From positions 372,001 through 436,000 of the forward strand of contig BQFW01000014.1 in the NCBI GenBank assembly GCA_020891255.1: a stretch of DNA of 64,000 nucleotides, in the 5' to 3' direction. A program made the translations under genes and the position numbers. The stretch comes from Entomortierella parvispora E1425. Lineage: Eukaryota > Fungi > Mortierellomycota. Shown here one piece after another: positions 28,806 through 47,000 of this stretch. Numbering within the stretch: position 1 is the first letter of the stretch; the number at the start of each line of letters is the position of its first letter. Under the pieces are notes generated by a model that did not search any database, had not been told where the DNA came from, and saw only the letters and a program-made list of their open reading frames with translations.

Positions 28806-29883
28806 TTACGCTTTGATATGCTTCTTGAACTCGACAGAGTACATCAAGGGCAGCATGGGACCGACAGAGTAATAACGGAGTCCCTCATCGACCTTCTCGA
28901 CCCTCATGTTTTCAAACATTTTGCAGAAATTGGAGTAAGGGTATTCTTTGAAATGGGTCATGTGCAGGCCGGTGGCGGCGAGGTTGCCGAGGACGTCAGC
29001 CATGCCCCAACAAAACTCATTACTGGGGTTTGGGTTCTTGAAATCCTGAACACCAGCCGTGAACTTGAGATTGGGCATGAGATCCTCACCCTCGTTGACA
29101 CCCGAATAGGCGACGTAATCGCTGACGCCGCCTTCTTCCTCGATATGTTTACCATTTTCAGTGTAAGGGTAATAATGGACCATTTCACGGTTGAAGATGA
29201 ACTGGGTAGGGTGGAACTCGACCAGGCAGAAACGGCCACCGGGTCTGAGGATGCGGTTGATACCAGCTGTGTATTTCTAAAAAGATGAAAAGGAGAAAAG
29301 CCATTTTAGTTTGTCAGTCAATCCTTCAGTCAATCCATCATCTTGCCTGTAAGCTATAACAACATCAGTTTCCCTATTTACCTCCATGCTGGAGATCCAA
29401 CCAATGAGTCCATAGCTGGCAAAGACAACGTCAAACTGCTCGGGCTTTGTAGACTCGAAGAATTCCAAAACGTCAGATCGAACAAAGGTGGCCTGGATGC
29501 CTGCATCCTTGGCCAATTGAGTCGCGAATTCGACAGCAGTGTCACTGATATCGACTCCCATAGGGTTCTCGGCACCAAGGCTGTTGACGAGTGAAAGGGT
29601 ATCCTGGCCAGCATTGCATTGGAGATGGCAGACCTTGAGACCAGCAAGGTTGCCGAGGAGCTCCTTTTCCTCCTTGAAGAGAGTAGAGCCCTTGTTACGG
29701 AAGAACAGATGTTGATCGACCTTGTGGCTGTTATGAGCGGCGGTGGCCTATTCATTGAAAGAAAGGTAGTCTTAGCTTCTTAATTCAAGTAAGCAGGGAA
29801 CGAGAAAAAAACAAAGGTAAGGATAGGTGGGGTACCTGATTCCAGGACGCACGGTTCATCTCGTGGAGTGGATGTGCGGTCAT
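28806..29883 (-). CDS. Class I SAM-dependent methyltransferase of bacterial-like type; join(29836..29883,29382..29747,28806..29276), 294 aa
   Basis: MTAHPLHEMNRASWNQ-ATAAHNSHK...GSTLFKEEKELLGNLAGLKVCHLQCNAGQDTLSL...MGVDISDTAVEFA...FDVVFASYG...-ILRPGGRFCLVEFHP...EFCWGMADVLGNL...EYPYSNF...PLMYSV. Rossmann motif I variant HLQCNAGQD, GVDIS and LRPGG are present. Both introns are phase 0 GT-AG. Confidence 0.9.
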
Positions 29884-30401
29884 TATGAGATGTGCGTTTT
29901 TGTTGCGAGAAGGAAACGTGGGCGTAGGTGTGGAGAGGGAAGGAGAGAAAACAAACCGAGCTTTTAATACGATTTCCCCGGGACGAGAGACCAAAGTCAC
30001 GGCCACCAAAACTTGCTCCACTCAGTCCAACGGCCGCTGGGCATGGGCAGACCTTATCTGATGAACCCACGCCCTTTGCCCAGCCCCTTGTGTTTTTTCT
30101 CACGATGGTGGCCGGGGCGCAGTCGATCGATCCAACGCAGTCGATCGATCCAACGACCGCGCACACGATCGAGAAAGTGGAGAGGAGAATGAGAAAGGCA
30201 GGAGGGACACACAGCTGCGATCGCTTGATCGTGGCCACCAAAAATTAAACGAGGTGAGTTGTGGCTCAGCCACGAAGCGCAGGGGGGCGCTGTCTCTGTC
30301 TCCAAAGACGCATGAGAAGCGATGCATTCATTTCTGTTCATTGCATCCTTGTCATCCACCACACGCCCTCTCTTTGCACGCAGGAATCAATCTGAACTAC
30401 A

Positions 30402-33331
30402 ATGTCGGAAATATCCGCTTCCATCGCAGAGACAAAGTACGCCTCTTTCATCCCTTCATTCATCTATCCACGCGGGCTTGCTTGATCCAACGTTCCATTG
30501 CTACCGTAAATGATTCCATCGTAAACTCGACTTGATCTAATCTAACCCTTGTTTTTCTTAACAATCTTTAATAGTGCTCTCCGTGCAAAGCTCGGACTCA
30601 AGCCCTTGAAGGAAGGCCCCGAGAGTAGCAGCGCCCAGATTGCAGAAGACAACCTCCGTCGCCAACGCGACGAAGAAGCCAAAAAAGCTCGCGAGGACGC
30701 CATCAAACAAAAGATCCAAAAATCCAAAAACCGTCAGGAACTCAACAAAGTCCGTGCTGGCAAAGGATTGGGAGAAGCCAGTGACAACGAGGATGATGGC
30801 GATGATGTTTACAAATGGACCCTCAAAAACCGAAACAAGGAAAAGGAACGTCAGGCGGCCGCTGCAGCCCGTCGGGAAAGGGAACTGCAAGAGATGGATG
30901 ATATGGCAGAGTATGACGAAAAGTCGTTGGCAGGTTTGAAGGTCGGACACGACATGTCGGATTTCGGCGAAGGAGAAGAGCGGATCTTGACCCTGAAGGA
31001 CAGTACGATTTTGGAGAATGAGGAGGAGGGCGATGAGCTGATCAACGTCGACATGAGTGAGCGGGAACGGTTGGAAAAGAATCTGGAAAACAAGAAAAAG
31101 AAGAATCGACCCGTCTATTCAGGATTCGACGACGATGAGTTCACGTTGGGAGGCAAGAAAAAGAATCTGTTGTCACAGTACGACGAGGTCTTGGGAACAG
31201 AACAAGGCAACGAAGGATTTGTCATTGGCAAGATCGGCAAGCCCAGGCGTGCGGATCAAGCGGGTGGAGAATCTGGAAGTTTGCAGAGTCGAAGCGGAAT
31301 GACCGCCAAGGAGATTATGAACCAAAAATTGAAGGAGTCAGCCATCGCTCTGACCTATAATAGTAAGTTTTAATTGCAGGTATTGTTTTAAAAGCAAGAT
31401 CAAAGGAGACAGAGGTTAACCAGTTTTTTTCTGTCGATTGTTATTATCATAGAGACTCAACAAGCGCAGGATTACTACACCAAGGAGGAAGCAGAGATCA
31501 CATTTAAAAAGCCAAAGGTAATGTCAAGAGATGTTCAGGAGGTATATTACGCCGGTTTAGAAACTGTTGGCTAATATTAATACGGTATTTGTTCCCCGTC
31601 ATAGAAAAAGAAAAAATCAAGATCCAGGAAATCCGACAACTGGGAGGATGACGAGAATGGCGACGGACAAGCAATGGAAATCGAAAGACCAGAGCCAATC
31701 GACATGTCTGAACTCAATTTTGTGGACGATGAGGATCTGCAAGAGTCATTGGCAAGAGCTCGTAGGATTGCGACGAAGAAGACCATCAAAAAGCTGACCC
31801 CCGAGCAAATTGCCAAGAATCGTAAGTCTACGATTTTACTGTAATATTGAACGAGATGTGCTCTTGAACTGCAATGTAAAAGCTAACATTTCTGATTGTT
31901 CGTAAACAATAGTTGCCGAAAGCAAAGCTTTGGAGATGGAGACTGACGAGATCAAAGAAGAGGGACTCATCATTTCTGACGTTTCAGAGTTTGTTTCCAA
32001 TCTGTCTTCAACTTCTGTGTTCCAGCAACCCGTTGCTCGCCCTGCTCCGACGGCAACAGCGACAGCGCCTGTTAAGGCAAAGAGCGAAGAGCCAGTAGAA
32101 AAAGTCGCGAGAGTAAAGACCCCAGATTCAGAGGATGTCAAGATGGAGGAGACGGATGCGGATGATACCACCCAAGAACAGAACTTGCGTTCAAGGACCC
32201 GTGCCGAATCCGAAGATGAGGAAGAAGAAATGCCAGTCAAGACAGAAGAGGAGGAATCAACATCTGTAAGATTTTTGCAAAAAATTGAAAAGCTTTTCGT
32301 GGGTCTGTGTGGATGTTTTTCAAAACATTGGTATACAGGTGGTTTAACATGTTGCACTCTTTTGATAGGATGCCTCGTTTTTGGTTGCAGAGCCTTTGGT
32401 CAGTCGAGGATTGGGTTCTACATTGGCCCTTTTGCGACAGCAGGGAGCGTATGAGACAGGAACAGCTGAGCATGCACAAACAGCAAAGAACCAGTCCGAA
32501 CGCGCAAAGTGGTTGGCAGATAATAAGCTCCGCGAGGCCAAATTGGCAAGAGAAGCGGCACTGGCAAAGGCTAAAGATAAGGAGCGTTCAAGGGACAAGA
32601 ACTATTCTGCTCGCGACCGCGAAAGGGATCGTGAGTACGAGAATCAGAGGCGGGAACAGCAGCTCATGGATGAGCGTGAGGCCCGTATGAGGGATTACAA
32701 ACCCGATGTGAAGCTGGAGTACATTGATGACAGCGGAAACAGACTGAACACCAAGGAGGCCTTCCGTCAGCTCAGTCACGCCTTCCACGGCAAGACTTCG
32801 GGAAAGATGAAGACGGAGAAGCGTATGAAGAAGCTGGAAGATGAAAAGAGACTATTGAGCATGAGCACCACGGACACTCCCCTCAACATGGTTTCTGCGT
32901 TCCAAGAACGTCAAAAGGCAGCAGGGTCGGCTCACATTGTGTTGGCAGTTGGAAACCGCAAGTAAGTCCCTGACTGGAAGTTGCTGTTATTTGAGTGTCG
33001 TCTGTGTCATGGTATAGATTGTAACCAAAACCCTGTTTATTTGTGTTTTTATCTTTCTAGCGCTGTCCCTTCAAGTCTTTCGGCGGCAGGTGTTGGTGGC
33101 ACGGTTTCAACCATGCCATCCGGAGCTCGTTCTGGAACGGCCTCGACTGCAGGAGGATCAAAGGGTTCATCTTCGTTTGCTGCACCTAACCAGACTTCCC
33201 AGGCAACAATGTCCGTCTCAGGCGTGCATGCACCGAATCGCGAGAAGGTCACTTTTGGATTGAAGCGCAAGGCTGAGAGCACAGCGGGCACAGCCACGGA
33301 CGAGTCTGCGACCAAGAAGACGCGAAACTGA
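30402..33331 (+). CDS. SNU66: U4/U6.U5 tri-snRNP protein SART1/Snu66 (multi-exon)
   Basis: N-terminal HIND motif SASIAETN-ALRAKLGLKPL (split by an intron ending at 30574); LAGLKVGHD, ILTLKDSTILENEEEGDELINV, YSGFDDDEF, LLSQYDE, MVAEPLVSRGLGSTLALL, YKPDVKLEYIDDSGNRLNTKEAFRQLSHAFHGKTSGKMKTEKRMKK. Confidence 0.95.
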
Positions 33332-33640
33332 GCATGGACGCAATCGATGGAAGTCATTCATCCTGAATAAAAAATAAAAAAATAAAAATCCAAAAAATGA
33401 AAATTACCAATTAAATATTATTCCAGAAAAGAGACTTTGCCACCCCCGTGCTGAGCCACCCAGCACGCTGTGTGGTGCAGTGAGAAGTGCGGTGCAGTGT
33501 TGCAGATGTGCACTCGTTTTCTTCCTCCCTTCTTTCTCCAACTCCTTCTGCTCTCCCTCCTCCCCTTGCTCTCCTGACTCCTCCTTCTACTCTACATCTC
33601 TTTCCCACCCTCCTTTAAACCGACTAACCAACTCTCAACA

Positions 33641-35504
33641 ATGGCTGCCCGATTCTTGGACATGGCTTTGGATGATGTCGCAAAGTCCCGCGCTTCCAAC
33701 AACAGAAGCCCCGCTGGCGGTCGCGGAGGACGCGGAGGACGTGGTGGCGGACGGGACAGCCCCAGCAACCGCCCCAACCGCAACTCTCCCTACAGTGTAT
33801 GTGCAGAGATGACATTTCATGAACAGCCCCCCAAAAAAAAGAAAGAGAAACTCCATTGGGATTACACTTGTCTGACACTTTTTGTTGTTCTTTTTCCAAA
33901 TCTCGAAATCAGCGCTCAACATCTACCCCAGACGATCGTTGGACCCATGACAAGTTTGAGGGAAACAGCAACAACAACTCTCAAAGAGGCAGCGGTGCCA
34001 GATATCAGAGCCAGAACCAGGGTCAGAGCCAGCAGCAACCCCAGAGCAACGAAGGAAATGCAAAGATTATCGTAGAGAACTTGCACTATGCTGTTACCTT
34101 GGAGGATATCAAGGTATGAAAATAAGAACTACGCGAATGAGGGGTGGGGGAGGAGAAGGGGCGTGCGATGATTGGATGAGAGAAGGGTTGGAGATCGCTC
34201 TCGCAATGGTCCGAGTAGAAACTGACCCCCCTTTTTCCTCTTTTTTTTCTACTTTGTCTTCTCTATGTGTCACCAACAGGAACTTTTTGATTCGCATGCA
34301 GGCCCTGTCAAGGTACTATCCCGCGGATTTGTGGCAGTGATTTAAAAACAACTTCTTGGACCTGGGAATGATCCGGAACCACACGACTTTTGGCTCTTGG
34401 ACATGCTCATGGAATCTGGCTACCCTCTTGTCCTCAAGAGGGACTCGTGTGCGGCAAACGAATTGATATCATCAGCAATACAGGAGCATACTGATCGAGG
34501 GGCTAGTTGGTTGGAGCAGATCTTGCTGCATCGGTCGTCTTTCAGAATGAGCGAATCTAGTCTGCTATCCACCTCAGCCTCCTCTAGCTGCGGACAACGG
34601 ACCTTGGAGACAACCTGAATACTCTTGATTTCTTGCCTGGATCGAAATTCTCAACTCGCAAACACCTCTCCCATCCTCTTACTTTCCAATCTCGGGAACA
34701 CGAAAAAAAAAAAACCGAATGTTAATAGCTGGCCGAAGTCAAGTACGATCTCTCTGGTCGTTCCACCGGTGTTGCCACTATCTTGTTCAAGTCTGCCGCT
34801 GATGCCGCCACCGCCATCAGGAAGCTGCACGGAATTGCTTTGGATGGTAAAGTGTTTCTTTATTGCCTTTCGCTGTGGCTGATTACAACTTATTTTGGAA
34901 GAGATCTCATAGTGCTCAAAGCAGGAGAATTTTGCACTGACAGTATTCTTTCATTCATATTGAAATATTGTCAACTATATTTAGGTCAGCCCATGAAAAT
35001 CTCTTACGCACCTCTTCCTCCAAAGGCCCGCGTCCAGGAGAAGCGTGGCAGCAACAGCAGAGACACTGGATCCAAGAGAGATGTTTTCTCTCGCCTCGGA
35101 TCAAGGTATGGACTCTTATTTTTTTTTTCTTGCTACCCGGTATCCGCGCACTTTAAAGTTGACTCATTTCCCCAACCCCCTTTTTTGATAACAGCGAGGC
35201 TGATATTGCATCAAGACTCGGAAGATTGAACCCTGTGCCCAAGATTGGTGGATCAGCCGCACCTTCAGGAGGAGACCGTCGTCATAGCAACCAGTCATCC
35301 AACATCAACAAAAACAGGCCAGCGCAGGCAAAGAGACAGGCCAAGGAAAAACCTCACATCAAGACTACTGAAGAGTTGGATGCTGAGATGGACACATACA
35401 TGGGAGAGGTAAATGATTGTGGACATGATTTCGATTCTTGGTTGTCTGCTCTCTTCTTGATGAACTAACAACTTTCTCGACATTGACTTTAGGCCACTGC
35501 ATAG
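33641..35504 (+). CDS. YRA1: mRNA export adaptor Yra1/Mlo3/ALYREF (THO complex subunit 4), about 7 exons
   Basis: N-terminal box LDMALDDV, RGG repeats, WTHDKF, RRM (KIIVENLHYAVTLEDIK-ELFDSHAGPVK-LAEVKYDLSGRSTGVATILF...LHGIALDG-QPMKI) and C-terminal box KTTEELDAEMDTYM. Confidence 0.93.
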
Positions 35505-35961
35505 CTGGAATGATGTCCCTCACCTCCATTGAAGCCACAAAAACTAAATCTAAAAAGAAAAAGGAGTCGTTTGTCCTCTAATGATACACCACAATGAGGG
35601 AGCAGCCATCCCACGAAGCCAAAAAAAAAATATCAATCGAAATAAATTAACCCGTCGTCGAGATGGTGTGAAGGGCGAAGAATGGTCCATTCTGTGCATC
35701 ATGTATTCAAACATCTCGGTGTATTATTATTATTGAAGTAGTTCTTCATTTCAGCATCTTTCTTTCTTTTTTGTTCTTTTTCTCCTGAAGACGATCTGAC
35801 AATGTCCATATGTACTATTCTCAATTATGAAAAGACCATCTGAGCGACCTTGTAGTGGTCCTCAGTTGACTTTCTCGCTGTTCCCGAGGTAACCATCACG
35901 AATAACGACACCATCTTTGCCGCCCCCCACTCACTCCGTGTAATTACGCGGCTGCAGAACG

Positions 35962-37693
35962 TCAGTTAATCCCTGGCACAACAGCATCCCCTGGCTCGTC
36001 ACCCCTCTCCGGCCCTGCTGAAGCGCTGCCTTGGAGTCCTTGCAAGTACTCAGTGGTCGCTGTAGATCCATTTTTTCTCAGCTGACTCGGTACACCTTCT
36101 TCCTCTTCCTCTTCCTCTTCTTCTTCTTCCATCTCTTCTTCCTCGTCATCTCCATCCGTGCCGCCAGGACTCTCCTCTGAACCCTCGCTCTCCGAAATGA
36201 AATAGGCGTCCTCCTGAAGTTGAGGTTGCCGTCGAATGGGTCCCAACGCCGGGATCTGGCCCTGTCGACGACCGGAAGTAAAAGAAGAAGACATCACAGA
36301 ACGACGTGCATGGTCTCCCCTGAAGGACAGAGACCGCTGTCCATCCTCATCGTTCTGGCTGTCAAGATGCAAACGCGTCGATTCCATCAGCTGTGGGTCC
36401 TGGACAGTCAATGCATGGTGCTGATGGTCGCCGGTTGTGTGGCCGAACCAACTGTTCAAGAGTTGCCAGGTCATGACGGTAAAGACAATCTCCCAAAACA
36501 CAAAGAGGGACATGAAGACGATCGCGGTCGAAACTCTGTGGTAATACATAAAGTAGCGCAGTCCCTGGAAATGAGCGTCCACGTTCAGCGTGCATTTGTA
36601 AATCTGGAGTTGCCCTGTCGAGATCTGCACGAGGGCTTGACTGACGGGGTGAGCACTGTTTTCCAGAAACCGTTCCAGAACTGGGACCTTGATCGTCTGG
36701 GCTTCCTTGGACCAGAGCAATACCAAAGGAATGGCTCTCCACAGCGTGCGCATCCATCGGACGGGTAAGGATTCATAAGTCAAGAGGGCAGGTCGGCTTG
36801 ATGTCGACAACACGCGATCGTGCTTGTCCAGGAGCGAGACGGTGACCATGAAATTGCCTAGAGCCACATTGTGTTGAGACGTGGGCACGACGAGTTGAAC
36901 AGAAATGTCATAGGCTTGATCGCCACGCAGAACCTGTTTTTTTTTTTTCAGTCATAAAAAAAGGCAAAGGGGGGTTACAAAGACGTTGACCAAATTGTAA
37001 ACTGCTACGCAGTTTTTTTTTTGAAAAAATAGTCGACCAAGGAAGGAGCTTTCTCCTTTCCGCCCTTTTGTCATAGTGCATACCTGGTCAACACGCCCAC
37101 CGCGTGAAAAGTCCACGAGGGCAGAGGGTTTCGGTCCAATCACTCCTGCCACACTAAGATTCAAAATAAAAAAAAAAAAGGTCGGTCAGTGCATCCACCA
37201 TTGCGTCAACAATTAAAAACATACGCCAAGATGGGTCGCTGCTGCGACTACTCCTTCTCACCACACGCCGGAATCCATTCTTCTTCCTTTTCCTTACACT
37301 GGTGGTCCGTATTGCAAATGCACCTGGGCCACATGTCCTCGTTGTGGAATATACATCCAGTAAAAGCCCAGGTACGCGGCCAGGGCCACGCCTACGAGCA
37401 AGAAGAGGACAAAGACCGACACCAATCCTTGAACAGCCTTGCGACGAAGTGTCCGTGAGGTCAGGATTCCAGAGATCTGTCGGACATAGGGCTCCAAGAG
37501 ATTCAGGAACGGCGAAAGAAAGAAGCCGAGAATCTATTTTTTTTGTTTTGTTTTGGTGGCACGACACGGTTGCGTCCCACGAGCAAAGGGGTCAAAAAAA
37601 AAAAGGAATAGAAAAGAAAAACAGGGTTCAGACATGGTTTTCTGAGCATTGGGGTGGAGGAGGGTCTGTTGGACTTGCCTCCAAGAGCACCAT
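35962..37693 (-). CDS. SEI1: Seipin (lipid-droplet biogenesis, Fld1/BSCL2); exact start uncertain
   Basis: TM1 (VFVLFLLVGVALAAYLGFYWMYIP), HVAQVHLQY, LRGDQAYDISVQLVVPTSQHNVALGNFMV, SSRPALLTYES, LQIYKCTLNVDAHFQGLRYFMYYH, TM2, acidic tail. The first exon is inferred as ATG at 37693 spliced to an acceptor near 37533. Confidence 0.9.
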
Positions 37694-38192
37694 TGTATTC
37701 AAATGCAGACGTGCAGAAAAGGCAAATAGGGAATGAGAGGAATGGAATCGAGCTAATGAATGAGAATGGAAGGACAAATGGATTGTGGAACCAAAAGCAA
37801 ATGTAGCTGACCAACGTGAACTGGAGAGGGAGAAAGAGGCGAGTGAAAGGGACAGACAGCAAGGAAAAAAGAGACGATACTTTCAATTGGGGCGAGAGCC
37901 TGGACGCACTAACGCGCGCATCGTCACGTTTCGTAGGTCTCCTTCACGCGCGTCGTCGATCTCAAGTCCTGGCCTTGCGAGGCAGCCATCCACAGCTTCT
38001 CCTTATCCCCATCATGGTGATTCCATTGGAGCATTGAAGTTTTAATGATATGATCTTTTGTAGATTAGGTTTTTTGTATGCATTCCTTTCTTTCCTTCTT
38101 TCGCCCAGCCCATGGCCGGCCCAAGAAGAATATTTGCTTTCTTGTAAAGATCGACTCTGGGCTTTCTATAGCCCCGGTTTGTGCTTTGGCCT

Positions 38193-43270
<5,078 letters not shown>

Positions 43271-43396
43271 GTCGAGGGGCTGGGAGTGATGTGCAAGAGA
43301 AGGAGGGGATTGGAGTGGGGACGTGTACAAAAGTCAGTACTGGGCGTTAGGGCGGGGGTCCGGTGCTGTTGGCGAAACCGGCGACCGGAAGGAGAA

Positions 43397-43399
<3 letters not shown>

Positions 43400-43428
<29 letters not shown>
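43400..43428. repeat. (GA)n microsatellite in the PKC1 upstream region, with nearby (GAGGA)n, (GAGTG)n and a long poly-A run
   Basis: Directly visible simple repeats at about 43400-43710. Confidence 0.85.
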
Positions 43429-43431
<3 letters not shown>

Positions 43432-44034
43432 AATGCCTTGCAGTAGGGAAGAGGGAGCGAGATGCAACAGCGGATGAGGAAAGAGATGAAAATGGATTGA
43501 TGAGGGAAAGAGGAGAGGAGAGGAGAGGAGAGGATGAAGGAAAAAGAAAAGAAAAGTCGAGACTGACGGAAAGAGATGCCAAAAGCGTCGTGATGAGCAA
43601 AGAGTGAGCGAGGAACGAAGGAAGGACCGGAGAGGGGTGGAGTGCAGTGGAGTGGAGTAGAGTGAGAAAGTGACCTTGAAATCATGACAAAAAAAAAAAA
43701 AAAAAAAAAAGGGCACTCGACTGACTGACTGCACATCCAGGAACCTGGTTTCTCTTTTCTGTGCCTGCCTACTTCCTTCCTTCCTTTCTTTCACCTTCAA
43801 TCTACCGTGGTTGCTCTGCTGTATCTACTCTCTTTATCATCATCATTGCACCGCACGGCACTGCACCTCGCCCAAAAGCGCGGAAACCCGCCATTTTCAC
43901 TCCTATTTATCTGTTTGTCGGCTTTCTTGGAAGCTTCGCCTTTCCTTGTCACTCTTCCTAGCGCAAATAAAGATATGGATGTGCACAACGTCATTGGGTC
44001 GTTTATTTTCGGCGACGAGCACAAACAGCCCTGT

Positions 44035-47000
44035 CTACCCTCCACTTCTAGAACTACGGTCTGTCGCGCTTGTGGTACCGTCAACGGAGGAAGTCGATGG
44101 GGTCTGTGGCGGTTGCTGCTGCTGTGACTGAAACGACAGCTGAGGACTCAACTGGGGATACCGAGCAAATTCGAGCGCATGGTTCAGTTTCCGAACACCA
44201 GCAGATCCTGGTTCTTGCCCTGTCCCCGATCCAACCACCCCTTGTTGCTCAGATCGTTGGCTTTGGCGCAGAGGGTCAATTCCAAGGGGGACAAAACTTG
44301 CTTCCGATACAGAGTCCTTTCTGGGAACTGAAGACCATGGCTGTGCCGAGATCTCTTCTGAGCTCCTCATCAGAGACGGGGGTTGGAGTGGCAAGGTCGA
44401 CTGCAGAGGTCTGCCGGATGCTAGTCCGCGCCGCGATCCTGTTTCAGAGCTTTGGCCAGTCATCGCAGGGGTACTGAAGTGGTCCATATTAAAGTCACTC
44501 AAAGTCGTTGCCATCGGGTTGTATTGGCCCGGCGATATCCCAAAGTCAGACTCAATACTGCCCATAAGGTCCTCCAGAAAGCTTGCTCTTTCAATCCCTG
44601 AGAAACGCCGGGCCACAGATGGATACATGGATTCCTTAAGGTCGAATCCAGTGCCCCATTGACTGTATGCCTGAGTGTTCGCTCCACTGCCATCTCTTTC
44701 CTGCTCCTCCGCTGTGCTGGACGAAGGCCATGGTTTTCCAATGGGCGATATTCCGTGAACTGGACTGTCATATCCCCATAGACCTGACTTGTCCTGAATC
44801 TGAGGGGTCACTATCGGACCAAAAGCAGCCGCACGAGAGCGAGTGGATCCAACACTGGCTTCCACAAGCTCGTCCGGTTTGATGGCCGCCACCAAGGCCA
44901 AGACGTCATCAAGAACTTCTCCATCGTCATCACTTGCTTCACCAAGTTCGGCCTCACTCTGGCGTAGCATCTCGCCCATAATGGCAGTCGGCCGAAATTC
45001 GGTCGAGAGCTGCGTTAGATCCACAAGAAGCGCCGGTTCATTCGACTTTGATGAATCTGCACTCGCCTGAGAAGAACTGTCCCAGATGCCATTATGAAAC
45101 TCGGAAGGAACAGGGATATCGATAAATCCCAGAGTATTGAAGAGGCCAGAGCTAGCAACACCAGCATCCCTGTCTTGAAGGTGATCCCAAATTGAATTGT
45201 CGGACGCAATTGACTCATCCACAGTGGTCCGAGACGAGTTACGTGTGATCCCTTCATCAATCATAACGAGTTCACTTGAGGGATTATCGCTCTTGTTTTC
45301 ATTGACTGCCGCAGCATTCCCATCCGAGGAACCAGTGGGCCTCCTTTGGCCATACGTGAAACGTGCCCTGGTAGGCGCGGGCGGGATTGTGAGAGGTTCC
45401 AAAAAGGGGCTCTTACTTTTGGAGACAGCAATAGCGGCCGCTGATTGCGAAGTTGGCAACGACACAGCTCCCGCGGGCACAAATTCACGCACACGCGTTA
45501 AAATACGTCTTGGTGCATCAGTTGACTCCGCACTGACTGATACTATACTGGAGGGTGCACCTCTTGGAGTAGAAGCAGATGGCACAAACTCGGGCGCGAG
45601 TGTCAGCGGACGAACTGAGCCAGAAGATAAAGAGCCAGAGGAAACGGTTCTCTGCATAGAGTGGGTGGGATGCAAGGGTACCGTTCCTGAAGGGACAAAT
45701 TCGGGTGCGAGCGACAACTGTCGTCGAGGGACATCCAGCTTAGGAAGATTAGATGTCGAACCCGAGGAAGGTGTTCTTTGCATCCCAACTGTGGTCGTGG
45801 CAGAAGCCTGGGTAGTGCTTGTCTTTCCCGCAAGTTGAGATGCGACAGCATTCTTTGCCGTCTTCGATGCTTGGGGTTGCTGCTTGCTAGATCCAGAATT
45901 AACTGCTGATGCAGACGATCTTGGCGAATCCTTTGCAATCGAGGCATGCCTGGATACGGCTTTACTCTCTTGCTTCAATCTGGCTTTCGTAGCGGCCGCC
46001 TCAGCCTCATCCTCAGAGTCGTCAGCAAGAGGGGCATTGTTGGTAAGTAACTCGATGGCGTTCTCGAACCGTCCCTCTGATTGGATCAAGGCCTTTCTTG
46101 ATTCCCGTCCTGGAAAACCCATGTCAACTAGCCGATCCACGACAAGTTGAGTTGGGCGATAGCTAGTTTTGAGCTTTGGAAGTCGAGTTACTGGTGGACG
46201 TTCGATATCGACTGATGGCGAGTATGTAGTTACTGGGGTCCTTTCTGGCTCTGGCACTCTTGACGTCGATGTCTTGGTGGTCGATGCAACTGGGAGCTCA
46301 GTAGGTGGTGCAGCAGAAGACTGTTTGGGTGGCTCGTTATTGGACTTGGACAACACTGGCGCTGTCTGGGAACGCGTTTTCGTAGATGGTGCATTGGATG
46401 GAGCCGATGGTGCAGCAACAGCAACGCCTGTAGCAGGAATAGTCGTCTTCTCCTCTTCGGGACCCTTACCCTTTTTCTTTTTCTTTTTTTTGCCTCCTCC
46501 TGCGCCGCTGTTGTTCTGGCCATGAGGATCCGCCGCCTGCGCCTTTAGGCGCGCCAACTCTGCTTCCTCTTGTTCTCTACGCCGTCGACTAGCCTCCAGC
46601 TTCTCTTCTTGCTTCCGACGCATTGCTTCATCCTTTTCTGCTTCCTCTCGAGCCAGTTCTGCCTCCCTTTGTCGCTGTTCTTCCAACGCGAGATCTCGCT
46701 GACGCTGAGCTTCCTTGATTGCTGCTGCCGCCTTTTGAATATACGCTAACGCACGTCTATAGTCCTCGGTCCTGATCTTGGATCGTTTGCGTTTTAGTCC
46801 AGCTTTGGCGAGTTGTTCTGGTGTATTACCATCTGAATCAACTCCTGTAATTCTGGCATGATTTTGAATCAAAAGTGCCACCATATCCGGATGCCCTACA
46901 TGAGCAGCGTAGTGCAAGGCCGTCTTTCCAGTCGAGAGTGCAGGGCGATCAATAAGATGGGCCGCAGACTTTTCAACGAGCAGTTTACAAATCTCCAAGG

